Positions 38,201 to 46,210 of a stretch of DNA of 64,000 bases are shown piece by piece (the first letter of the stretch is position 1; the number at the start of each line of letters is the position of its first letter). A program made the translations under genes and the position numbers. The notes under the pieces are model-generated. The model saw only the letters and a list, made by a program, of their open reading frames with translations. It searched no databases and was not told the DNA's origin. This DNA comes from a virus: positions 39,318 to 103,317 of IMG/VR virus record IMGVR_UViG_3300042314_000343; one strand, given 5' to 3'.

Positions 38201-39826
38201 ACTACCTTTGCCAACAAAGAGTCTACTGTTTCAAATTTGAAGGTAACGGAGCAGGGAGTAGTACAGGCATCAGCATTAGTTATGAATGGGCCATCATTCT
38301 CCATAAAGGATAACCCAATTAGTTTTGTTTCTTATGTGTACAAGACTTTGCCAGATAAGTTTAAGCACTTTGGAACCAGAATGAGAATTGTAGGCAAGAT
38401 TGAGGATGGTCTAGTAAGGTCTCAAACACCAGTCGGTGTTAACCCATACTACCAGCTAAACCAAAATACTCCAGATAAAGAATTGGCTATTGGAGGATCT
38501 TCTGGAGGTATTGCTATATCAGTAAATCCAGAAACCAACGCTGGATACTATTTTGAAATCGTTAGCCTAACAGCAGCAGATGTTTCGTCGTACCAGGATG
38601 GAGAAAATTCTGGAATTCATAATATACTATTTTACAAGCTTGGCAAGTCTTCTGCAAACTCACCAGAGTCAGAGCCAGCTATGCCAATCAAGCTGTGGGG
38701 TGGATCCGCAGAGATCCTGTCTGACACAGGAACAATGGTTGGAAAAGCAAGAGTTACTGCAGAAGAAAAGCTAACGGTATATGACCTTTCTATAGAGTAT
38801 GAAGAAGTTGGCTCTTCCCTAAGATTCTACCTATACATTAATGGCAGACAGATTGCTGTAGTAGATGACCCAAGACCTCAGCTACAGGACAACAAGATTG
38901 TTACATACAACAATGTTGCACTTTTCGTAAGAGGTTCTGCAAGAGTAATGTTTGAAAACCTCTATGCTATTCAAAACAACTATAGCCAGAACACAGCATT
39001 CGCATTGAATACACCAATTAGCGAAATATTTGGAGACCCAGAGGTAGATGTTAATGACGCCATGAGGAAATATGCAATGAGCGGAATGATTCAGTCAACG
39101 TACCTTTCAGGTCTTGGAACGCAAGAGCCACCAAGATACAACATGTACTTCGAAGAGTTCGGCACTATTATGCGTGAGGCTGCATACTTTGACGTGAGGT
39201 ATGACAAAGCTTATCCAGCACTGTATGCTCAAATGTCACCAACTTTCGACAGAATCAAGGGGTACACAATTTCTGGATTTACAGCAGGAGCCTACAGAGC
39301 AGAATTCCTTGTGTTTAACGCTACAGATACAGCACTACTTCTTGACTCTTCAAGTGGAAACTACTTAAGAATTCAGGGAATAGCCTTTACCCAAGAGTCT
39401 CAGCACTCACTAACTGTTGACGACTATTTTGCTCAAAACAGCAATTTCTCCAACCCAGAGTTTATTGACGACGGTACCGTAAGATCACCGCTCAAATCTT
39501 TGGAGAAGTACCAGGGCGTTAAGTTTAGCAGAATGACTGATGGAGTCAAGGAGTTTTCTATAGAGGCTCCATACATACAAAGCCATGACGCTGCAGAAAG
39601 TCTGATGGAGTGGTTGGTAGACAAGACAATGAGACCTAGACTTTCCGTAGGTCTTAAGATTTTCTCAATGCCAACGCTACAGCTTGGGGATATTGTGACA
39701 ATAGAGTATTTCTCAAACCAGAAAGATCAGCTCTCTGTACAAGGAAAGAGATTTGTCGTGTATAATATTGAGTATAGCCGCACATCTGCTGGCCCAGATA
39801 TGACAATTTATGCTGTGGAGGTATAA
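35201..39826 (+). CDS. Tail tip/baseplate hub protein
   Basis: 1541 aa; L..IA......FFDEY..F and P.LQLGDIV.I hub motifs. Confidence 0.7.
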   Translation: MFFNQELQDHLEQSSSVSLKSFISAEWNMNVPSNIATVGNYRNRPLDLDSPYNQATSVYDPLDSTLSIKHYTGATDADIAIAGGYQEKLDQELNQIPVVFSSLKQKEKMLYSLDDCFLKFRPRSGINKARFLNGVFLHNTNSQMASRPRYYMSSKKDNFKYWSSYRTESSGTKNIERGIANKLIGSSYVIDDAAPFVVYEKPVPANRIVIKMQTGVGTVNLGPFQTESGTINDPLFGYANQKTPVRWKVQYLKNNSWYDAISFDNNSKRLDGSNIVGPDGYVEIAYGPIIPEKYAKAFRYLGEIYDESIIPEDSLLGDAYLVKETVSSAGRFVVKTQAGRESFSAKYGWYLIDEGVAMSTPYVKKLSSPDSFKNASGEQKLRELEFISGIRVVVDTMNVQNSTFDLIEISPRLLADISDMVTNFSITKAASDLGVSGMPVGQLLASTGTLSLFDVDQVFNNNNEDSVISNYQYENIKFSFYEVIKNVNSDSFLADYYIPIKTLYSESRPTFSSKDRSAEIELRDLFFHLESTKAPELLLQDASTSYAVSLLLDSIGFSNYTFLTLPDESEDIIPYFFVAPDKTVAEVLQDIAVSTQTAMFFDEYNNFVVMSRGYLMPSEEDRQTNAELLGTIDQSKDGTLRNKSTSAKLANIADISASETKVYNSGKIAYTSRYIQREVASLKNSLMVDRDKSWIYKPALLWEVSPSGNIKSINDQTADQQQYLLAAVPLNTDLPASPPSVLNGQIINNIIDFGESVQWIGRYNGYFYANGEVIRYDAVEYSVPGQESGNVWITNIKEYQGYFSKLPFNGKMYQTGRVRIFCVPNYTNLSNGTTILSEGQVAQHGRGQFGTPINYHSAGVNAYWQDNKNVRGVNMDHTKLFYQSDNVFATGAMSAPLETNGNYTIIVSDSELIKPGYKVEITSGVGAFEPGPLPSVVEVVDDTHVRIDRKIVTALNNASIIFYTKQAEPFYGKAGTSFSSGTSNSFAQKTGRNSIIKNFNTTFANKESTVSNLKVTEQGVVQASALVMNGPSFSIKDNPISFVSYVYKTLPDKFKHFGTRMRIVGKIEDGLVRSQTPVGVNPYYQLNQNTPDKELAIGGSSGGIAISVNPETNAGYYFEIVSLTAADVSSYQDGENSGIHNILFYKLGKSSANSPESEPAMPIKLWGGSAEILSDTGTMVGKARVTAEEKLTVYDLSIEYEEVGSSLRFYLYINGRQIAVVDDPRPQLQDNKIVTYNNVALFVRGSARVMFENLYAIQNNYSQNTAFALNTPISEIFGDPEVDVNDAMRKYAMSGMIQSTYLSGLGTQEPPRYNMYFEEFGTIMREAAYFDVRYDKAYPALYAQMSPTFDRIKGYTISGFTAGAYRAEFLVFNATDTALLLDSSSGNYLRIQGIAFTQESQHSLTVDDYFAQNSNFSNPEFIDDGTVRSPLKSLEKYQGVKFSRMTDGVKEFSIEAPYIQSHDAAESLMEWLVDKTMRPRLSVGLKIFSMPTLQLGDIVTIEYFSNQKDQLSVQGKRFVVYNIEYSRTSAGPDMTIYAVEV

Positions 39827-39828
39827 CG

Positions 39829-40320
39829 ATGACTTCATCTAGCACATCTGTATCTTCTGTCCCACAAGCACCACAGACTGCAAGAGTGTACTCAGTTGGA
39901 AGCGTAAAGGCTGCCACCCCAGACGTTGTCAAGGCGGTATCTGATATCCCAATAGACTCTGGGCAGATGGCACAAATGATTTTAAATGATATTGGTGGCC
40001 AGGAGTTAATATCAATTTCTAGAAGCGATATCGTTAATGGTCAGAACATCGTATACCAACCAATATCCGACATTAAAGAGATTCACAAGGCATATAACTC
40101 TAGCAACATTATATATTTGTCAGAGACATCCGAAAATGTTTTTAATAGTTTTCCAATAAAGCTAAGCTCAAAGATTCCAGACTCATTGGGAAATAACGTT
40201 TCGTACGCCGACAACAAGATCCTCATTCAGCTCAAAGATATTCAGAGAGATGAGCTAGTAGAAATCCAAGTCGTGTCGTCTGGAGTGCTCCTTGATGATA
40301 CAATATATACAGGAGAATAA
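39829..40320 (+). CDS. Hypothetical tail-associated protein
   Basis: SD GGAGGT; synteny. Confidence 0.55.
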   Translation: MTSSSTSVSSVPQAPQTARVYSVGSVKAATPDVVKAVSDIPIDSGQMAQMILNDIGGQELISISRSDIVNGQNIVYQPISDIKEIHKAYNSSNIIYLSETSENVFNSFPIKLSSKIPDSLGNNVSYADNKILIQLKDIQRDELVEIQVVSSGVLLDDTIYTGE

Positions 40321-41433
40321 ATGATTACTAATAAAGGCAAGTCTATATTTGCAAAGTACATGATTGGCCAGACGCCAGCATACGCTTCCTACATTGCCCT
40401 AGGCTGCGGACCAAAGCCATCGGCATCTCAGGATGAATTTACCACAGAGCAAAAGGCAGAGTTTGCCACAAAGACCAATTTGGACTTTGAGATGTTTAGG
40501 GTGCCAATTACATCAAGAGGGTATTTGGTTGAGGATGGCGTTTCTAAAATTGTTTTCTCTGCAGAGTTGCCAACAGAAGAAAGGTATGAGATATCCGAGA
40601 TTGGGGTATACTCGGCAGGATCTAATCCAGGAGCAGGCCTTTCCGATAGCCGAGTAATGATAAAGTTTTCGGATGCCGAAGGCTGGGTCGCACATGATGA
40701 TTCTGTATCCGCTCTTGGGACATCTCCCCTAACTGGAGATACATTTATATCTAATGCAAATAATCCAGTGCTTCGTCAGGTTGATAGGGTAGCAAGGTAT
40801 GAGACCACAAGATTCCTTAATAGCGTTATTGGGATTAAGGGGGACTACTCAGATCTATCACTTGTTTCAGGGTCCATTATAGACACTCTATCAAACAGCA
40901 AGCCACACATTCACTTAACTGGAACCAAGTTTGACCTATCAAGGTCTGGCCCAGCAGACGAGCTAAGTCTTGCATTTAGCGTAGCCAATGGAGTTGTTGG
41001 CCCAGAAGCAGGAGAAGAGATTGACAAGATCCTAATCAGGGTAGAATTTCTTGGAGTGGAGAGTGCCTCTGTTAGCACCCCAAACGCAAGGTTTGACGTA
41101 ATTCTAGAAAACGATCAGGACAACTCGTTTGACGACAACCGTTACTTTGTAGTCACAAAGCCGCTATCAGAGCTTTCTGTGTCAACAAACTTTGCCTGGT
41201 CAGATGTGACGGTAGCCAGAGTATTTGTTACAGTAATTAACAATGACGGTGTTGCCTCGGATAGATACTATGTAAATCTTGACGGCATGAGAGTAGAAAA
41301 TAAGACATTTGAAAATCCACTTTATGGGCTTGTAGGGTATACAGTAATCAAGAATACAGATAGCAGCTTGATCATAAAAAGCCCAAACACTAAAAACTTT
41401 GTGGAATTTAGATTTGCCATGGATGTGGTCTAG
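40321..41433 (+). CDS. Baseplate/tail structural protein
   Basis: MITN.G, YIA.G.G, FE.FR.PI, I.EIG.Y motifs typical of fibre-attachment/baseplate proteins. Confidence 0.6.
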   Translation: MITNKGKSIFAKYMIGQTPAYASYIALGCGPKPSASQDEFTTEQKAEFATKTNLDFEMFRVPITSRGYLVEDGVSKIVFSAELPTEERYEISEIGVYSAGSNPGAGLSDSRVMIKFSDAEGWVAHDDSVSALGTSPLTGDTFISNANNPVLRQVDRVARYETTRFLNSVIGIKGDYSDLSLVSGSIIDTLSNSKPHIHLTGTKFDLSRSGPADELSLAFSVANGVVGPEAGEEIDKILIRVEFLGVESASVSTPNARFDVILENDQDNSFDDNRYFVVTKPLSELSVSTNFAWSDVTVARVFVTVINNDGVASDRYYVNLDGMRVENKTFENPLYGLVGYTVIKNTDSSLIIKSPNTKNFVEFRFAMDVV

Positions 41434-41594
41434 TGAACGAAGAAATCCAAGAGGTCTCAGTCTCAGAGCTAGAGCTACCAGAACTTGCCCCAGGGGAGCA
41501 GTACCTAGTCAGGTACAGAATAGTGTCAGAAGACAGAAACAGGTCATCTGCATGGTCTCCGATAACTAGGCTAGACCCAGGACAAGAGTCCTGA
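41433..41594 (+). CDS. 53-aa protein, FN3-like fragment; not in ORF track
   Basis: GTG overlapping upstream TAG; ...LAPGEQYLVRYRIVSEDRNRSSAWSP. Confidence 0.55.
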   Translation: MNEEIQEVSVSELELPELAPGEQYLVRYRIVSEDRNRSSAWSPITRLDPGQES

Positions 41595-41613
41595 TATCTG
41601 ATATAATACTTAT

Positions 41614-42060
41614 ATGGCAAAAATTCCACTACCGCAAACGGGCCAGCCGATGGACGTTTCTTACATCTATCAGCTAGCTAATGCTATCAATGATGTTGCA
41701 AAGCAAATATCACCATCTAACTATAAGTTTTTCACAATCCATACCCCTGCACGTGGTAGGGAAAGTGTTAAGAACATGGAAGCCAGAACGGTTGCTGCAC
41801 ACGTAGTCGTTGCTAGCGAAAAGCCAGTTACTTCTGGAGAAGAGCTAACATTCTCATATGAGTTTGACACAGACTTTTCCTACCCACCAATTGTTACCGC
41901 TACCATCTTTAATAGTGGATCGTCTATTGGAAACGCATCTACGGTAATTCTTAAAACTGTTACTACCAGCAAGATCGATGGTATTGTAAAGTTTACTACC
42001 AACGGAAATGTTTCGGTAGGTGTAAACATTATAGCTATTGGTATTCCTACAAACGGATAG
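41614..42060 (+). CDS. Small tail/fibre-associated protein
   Basis: Leaderless (TGATATAAT 6 nt upstream); F...F...P.V.AT and C-terminal IAIG motif of short fibre domains. Confidence 0.55.
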   Translation: MAKIPLPQTGQPMDVSYIYQLANAINDVAKQISPSNYKFFTIHTPARGRESVKNMEARTVAAHVVVASEKPVTSGEELTFSYEFDTDFSYPPIVTATIFNSGSSIGNASTVILKTVTTSKIDGIVKFTTNGNVSVGVNIIAIGIPTNG

Positions 42061-42065
42061 TCTAA

Positions 42066-42611
42066 ATGGCAAACCCCAAGAAAAGGTCTATAGCCGAAGA
42101 GGGCTATAATGATGCACCAGTAATCAAAGCAAGCCAGAAGGTTTGGTTTTTAAACGGAAGCCTTGTGAGAGTCCATCATCTAAACAAGTCTAACGGAATC
42201 ATGTCTGTTTATAACATTACAGAAGACCAGATTGAAAGCTGTCTTATTAGTGATTTTAAAAAGAATAGGGAAAGAGCATACACAGTTGGTCAGACTGCAG
42301 ACCTTGTAAATCGCCACAAGAAGTACCTACCTTTTTTGATGAAGACTGGTGTCATCCCATTCCCTACTGGATCTCAGAAGGGTGGCAAGACTGGATGGCA
42401 AGTAAGAAGTTATTACTCTGAGTCGCAGGTATTTGATATTCGTGATATACTTGCTTCCTACCACATGGGCAGACCAAGAAAAGATAGGCTAATAACAAAC
42501 GATAGAACTCCTTCAAGACAGGAGTTGACACGGCGTATGGGTGATGGTATACTGACTTATACAAGGACTGAAGACGGAAGGTTTATTCCGATTTGGTCAG
42601 AATCTATATAG
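42066..42611 (+). CDS. Putative DNA-binding regulator (MerR-like HTH)
   Basis: YTVGQTADLVNRH....L...G.IP.P.......RSYYSE pattern. Confidence 0.55.
   Translation: MANPKKRSIAEEGYNDAPVIKASQKVWFLNGSLVRVHHLNKSNGIMSVYNITEDQIESCLISDFKKNRERAYTVGQTADLVNRHKKYLPFLMKTGVIPFPTGSQKGGKTGWQVRSYYSESQVFDIRDILASYHMGRPRKDRLITNDRTPSRQELTRRMGDGILTYTRTEDGRFIPIWSESI
42525..42553 (+). promoter_or_regulatory. -35/-10 promoter within upstream ORF
   Basis: TTGACA-17bp-TATACT with extended TG. Confidence 0.75.
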
Positions 42612-42625
42612 AAGGAAAAACGGGT

Positions 42626-42835
42626 ATGAATAACGAAGAGACTAAAGTACGTGTAGCACTTGGCTACACCCTTAACCTTGGCAACTTCCAGTCGCTAAGA
42701 ATTGATGTTGAAGTCCAGGACAACAAGCGTGATGGTGAAAACACCAATGAGGCGTTTGAGCGTGTCTACTCATTCGTTGAGGCCAAGCTTCAGGAAAAGA
42801 CATCTGAAGCCAAGAGCGAGATCGAAGACAAGTAA
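42626..42835 (+). CDS. Hypothetical protein; start revised from 42593
   Basis: AAGGA upstream; V.LGYTLNLGNFQSLRID motif. Confidence 0.6.
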   Translation: MNNEETKVRVALGYTLNLGNFQSLRIDVEVQDNKRDGENTNEAFERVYSFVEAKLQEKTSEAKSEIEDK

Positions 42836-43143
42836 TGGCAGAACGCAAAGACCGAATGGCTTTGCTCAGTCGCTACGCTAAGTTGCATAATCAGCACTAC
42901 GAGCAAAAGTCTACACTAAACCTAAACGTAGAACAATGGGCAGCAGATGCTCTCATTGAATCTTATACTTTACCTTTTTGCTATGACCTGTTAGAATATT
43001 ACTTCCAGGTAGCACAAAAGCCAGCATGGAAATATTTTGCAAACTATGCTCACGACATTATTGACAAGCGTCAACAATTAGAACTAGACAACAAGGAGAG
43101 AGCCGAACGCAGGGCAAGAGCGAAGGCGTGGTTAAATGAGTAA
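42835..43143 (+). CDS. Hypothetical protein, possible helicase partner
   Basis: Overlaps start of helicase gene. Confidence 0.55.
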   Translation: MAERKDRMALLSRYAKLHNQHYEQKSTLNLNVEQWAADALIESYTLPFCYDLLEYYFQVAQKPAWKYFANYAHDIIDKRQQLELDNKERAERRARAKAWLNE

Positions 43144-44362
43144 TACAGAATCCAAACTAATTTCTGCGGTATTGCAGGACAAGCAGATCCACGTTTTGCT
43201 ACAGGCAAACGTAGACAACATTATGTCTACTCACAACGACATCTGGGAGTTTATCAGGAAGTACTCCGAGGCCAATCAAGCGGTTCCTCCAGTATCACTT
43301 GTCGTAGAAAAGTTTAGGGACTTCTCACCAGTTGATGGCGTAGGGGCAACCAAGTATCACCTAGAAGAGCTACAGCAAGAGTTTCTAGATAGTAGCATCA
43401 AGAACTTGCTAAAGTCAGCAGCCACAGAAGTGCAGTCTGGTCACAGTGCTAATGCACTAGAAAGCCTAATTGCCAAGACCTCTGAGCTAAAGAAGAACAC
43501 AGCAGTCATTCGTGACATTGACGTTACAGACATTGAAGATGCAGTAGCATACTACACAAACCTACAGGCCCAGCAAGCTATTGGTTCTGTTGGTGTTAAG
43601 ACTGGTCTGCCAGGATTTGACAACTATCTTCCTGCTGGAATCATGCCAGGCCAGCTTGGAGTTATGCTTGCCTACCCAGGTATCGGAAAGTCGTGGTTAT
43701 CGCTATACTTTGCGGTACAGGCATGGAAGCAGGGAAAGTCACCGCTAGTAATCTCTCTTGAGATGAGCGAGACTGAGGTCCGCAATCGTGTGTTTACCAT
43801 CATGGGTGAAGGACTGTTCTCACATAGAAAGCTTTCCAACGGACAGGTAGATGTAGAAGACCTTAAGCGTTGGCACAAAAAGGAACTTACTGGAAAGCCA
43901 GAGTTCCATATCATCTCTAACGACTCTGGTGGAGAAGTAACCCCATCTGTTATTCGTGGAAAGATCGATCAGTACCGACCAGACTTTATTATCGTTGACT
44001 ACCTACAGCTAATGTCTCCAAACCAGAAGTCTGACAACGAGACTGTTCGCATGAAGAATCTGTCACGTGAACTAAAGCTTTTGTCTATCGCAGAAGAGGT
44101 GCCAATCATTGCCATCTCCTCAGCGACCCCAGATGACGTCACAAAGCTAGATACTGTTCCTACCCTAGGCCAGACTGCCTGGAGCCGTCAAATCGCCTAC
44201 GATGCCGACTGGGTGCTTGCTCTGGGCCGTGGTACAAACTCTGACGTAGTAGAGTGTGTATTCAGAAAGAATCGAAATGGATTCATGGGCGAATTCTTGG
44301 TGCAGGTAGACTTTGACAAAGGCTGGTACAAGTACAAGGACATGGAAGGTCTTGACGGATAG
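43136..44362 (+). CDS. dnaB: Replicative DNA helicase
   Basis: AYPGIGKS Walker A, SLEMS, IIVDYLQLM, DAD.VL, KNRNG. Confidence 0.93.
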   Translation: MSNTESKLISAVLQDKQIHVLLQANVDNIMSTHNDIWEFIRKYSEANQAVPPVSLVVEKFRDFSPVDGVGATKYHLEELQQEFLDSSIKNLLKSAATEVQSGHSANALESLIAKTSELKKNTAVIRDIDVTDIEDAVAYYTNLQAQQAIGSVGVKTGLPGFDNYLPAGIMPGQLGVMLAYPGIGKSWLSLYFAVQAWKQGKSPLVISLEMSETEVRNRVFTIMGEGLFSHRKLSNGQVDVEDLKRWHKKELTGKPEFHIISNDSGGEVTPSVIRGKIDQYRPDFIIVDYLQLMSPNQKSDNETVRMKNLSRELKLLSIAEEVPIIAISSATPDDVTKLDTVPTLGQTAWSRQIAYDADWVLALGRGTNSDVVECVFRKNRNGFMGEFLVQVDFDKGWYKYKDMEGLDG

Positions 44363-44381
44363 CAGCAATTATTGCTATAAT
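44352..44381 (+). promoter_or_regulatory. -35/-10 promoter for primase
   Basis: TTGACG-18bp-TATAAT with extended TG; contains inverted repeat AGCAAT-T-ATTGCT. Confidence 0.7.
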
Positions 44382-44450
44382 GTAACGACACAAGCATTTA
44401 TAGCTTGATAAAACATTAGAACATTTACAGTATATAGAAGAGGGAATAGA

Positions 44451-45395
44451 GTGAGTACTAGAGATAAACGTGGCAATGCCGACATTTACACAACTGAACA
44501 AATCTCTAGAGTTCTCGCAGGCTCAGGAATCTCTATTGAATCTGAGATAGATTCAGACTACATCATCTACTGTCCATATCACAATAATCACAGATCTCCA
44601 GCTGGAGAAATTGATAAGGTTACTGGAACGTTCTTTTGCTTTTCATGTCATCACGTGGCAAACCTAATTGAGTTTGTAATGCATACAACTGGCAGGACTT
44701 ATTTTGAGGCAGCCAGATTTGTTAGGTCTAAGGGCACGGAGTCCAGCATCGAACAGATTGTTGACAAAGCCTTAGTTATTAAACCTGACTATATCCAATA
44801 TGACCAGATACTGATTAAGAGATTAAATCAGCAGGCATTGGAGTCACCACGTGCAATGCGTTATTATCTTGGTAGACTTATCACTGAGGAATCAGTCAAG
44901 AAGTTTTCTTTAGGGTTCTCAGAAAAGCAGGATATGGTAACTATCCCAGTTCACTCTCCAGATGGTATGGAGATTGGCTTTGTCGGTAGGTCCGTAGAGG
45001 GCAAAGAATTTAAGAACACCCCAGGTCTGCCAAAGAGCAAGACCCTATTTAATATTCACCGTGTAAAGACTGCAGATCGTGTATACGTTGTAGAGTCATC
45101 GTTTGACGCTATTCGTCTAGACCAGTGTGGTTTTCCAGCGGTAGCTACGTTAGGTGCAAACGTATCTAACTTCCAAATAGACCTACTACAAAAATACTTC
45201 AATAACATTTTTGTTATTGCGGATAATGATGAAGCAGGCGGAAACATGAAGAGCAAGCTTGTAGAAAAGCTTGGTGGTCGTGTAACCGTAATAAGTATAG
45301 ATAAGAAGTACAAGGATATTGGTGACATGCCAGACGACGCAATTAAAAATCTTGACGAATCGTTTGACAAATCAATAGCTGCAATGCTAAACTGA
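44451..45395 (+). CDS. dnaG: DNA primase (CHC2 zinc finger + Toprim)
   Basis: CPYH...CFSC; VVESSFDAI, ATLGA, ADNDEAG, KDIGD. Confidence 0.88.
   Translation: MSTRDKRGNADIYTTEQISRVLAGSGISIESEIDSDYIIYCPYHNNHRSPAGEIDKVTGTFFCFSCHHVANLIEFVMHTTGRTYFEAARFVRSKGTESSIEQIVDKALVIKPDYIQYDQILIKRLNQQALESPRAMRYYLGRLITEESVKKFSLGFSEKQDMVTIPVHSPDGMEIGFVGRSVEGKEFKNTPGLPKSKTLFNIHRVKTADRVYVVESSFDAIRLDQCGFPAVATLGANVSNFQIDLLQKYFNNIFVIADNDEAGGNMKSKLVEKLGGRVTVISIDKKYKDIGDMPDDAIKNLDESFDKSIAAMLN
45364..45393 (+). promoter_or_regulatory. -35/-10 promoter in primase 3' end
   Basis: TTGACA-18bp-TAAACT with extended TG. Confidence 0.7.
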
Positions 45396-45432
45396 TCATG
45401 CAATAAAAACACATAACATAAGGAGAAAACAA

Positions 45433-46086
45433 ATGAGCGTTATTAAGGGACTAAAGAACATCAATGCCCTGCTTGACAAGCCGAAGTACGATGAAAACTC
45501 ACCAAAGGTTCGCTGGCTAAAGCTAGCTGACGGACAGGGTATCAAGATCCGCTTTATTGAGGAGCTTGACGAAGACTCTGCACACTACTCGCCAGACCGT
45601 GGTTTGGCTCTTGTAGTAAAGGAGCACACTAACCCAAAGGACTACAAGCGTAAGGCTGTAGACACCATGGACACCGAAGGCCGTGACTGGGCAGAGGAAA
45701 TGCACCGCAAGGATCCAAAGGCTGGCTGGAAGGCTCGTCTACGTTTCTACTGCAACGTGCTAGTAGAAGATGGCGTTGAAGACCCATACGTCGCAATTTG
45801 GTCAATGGGAATCAGCAAGCAGTCAGCATTCAACACTATTCGTGAGTATGCACTTGAGACTGGCAGCATCTCAAACACCACCTGGAAGGTAAAGCGTAAC
45901 GGTCAGGGAACTGAGACCACCTATACCCTAATTCCATCGGCACCAGATTCTGAGCCGTACGACTGGGGTACAGTTAAGCCTTACCCACTAGAGTCAGCAC
46001 TGCGTAAGATTCCTTATGCAGAGCAGGAAGCTTTCTACCTAGGCTTTGACACCCCATCGGTGACATCAGCCAACATGGACTGGTAG
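45433..46086 (+). CDS. Single-stranded DNA-binding protein (gp32-like)
   Basis: WLKL.DG...IRF, RFYCNVLV, K.KRNG.GT.T.Y; position between primase and polymerase. Confidence 0.7.
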   Translation: MSVIKGLKNINALLDKPKYDENSPKVRWLKLADGQGIKIRFIEELDEDSAHYSPDRGLALVVKEHTNPKDYKRKAVDTMDTEGRDWAEEMHRKDPKAGWKARLRFYCNVLVEDGVEDPYVAIWSMGISKQSAFNTIREYALETGSISNTTWKVKRNGQGTETTYTLIPSAPDSEPYDWGTVKPYPLESALRKIPYAEQEAFYLGFDTPSVTSANMDW

Positions 46087-46100
46087 TAAGTATATTGTTT

Positions 46101-46132
46101 GATGGGGGTAGACACGTTCTGCCCCCATCTTT
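46101..46132 (+). terminator. Intrinsic terminator after SSB gene
   Basis: GATGGGGGTAGA/TCTGCCCCCATC stem, short T tail. Confidence 0.75.
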
Positions 46133-46139
46133 CCATATC

Positions 46140-46168
46140 TTGACAACTTGTCAGAAGTATGTCATAAT
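46140..46168 (+). promoter_or_regulatory. -35/-10 promoter for dnaE
   Basis: TTGACA-17bp-CATAAT with extended TG; palindrome TGACAA-C-TTGTCA over -35. Confidence 0.7.
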
Positions 46169-46210
46169 TCTTTTATTATCTTTTACAAACAATAACAAGC
46201 AAGGAAAAAA

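Noticed and set aside
44382-44450. tRNA/ncRNA or gene remnant between helicase and primase
   Set aside because: No cloverleaf or stable stem; explained as the leader after the 44352 promoter; a decayed ORF cannot be supported without homolog comparison
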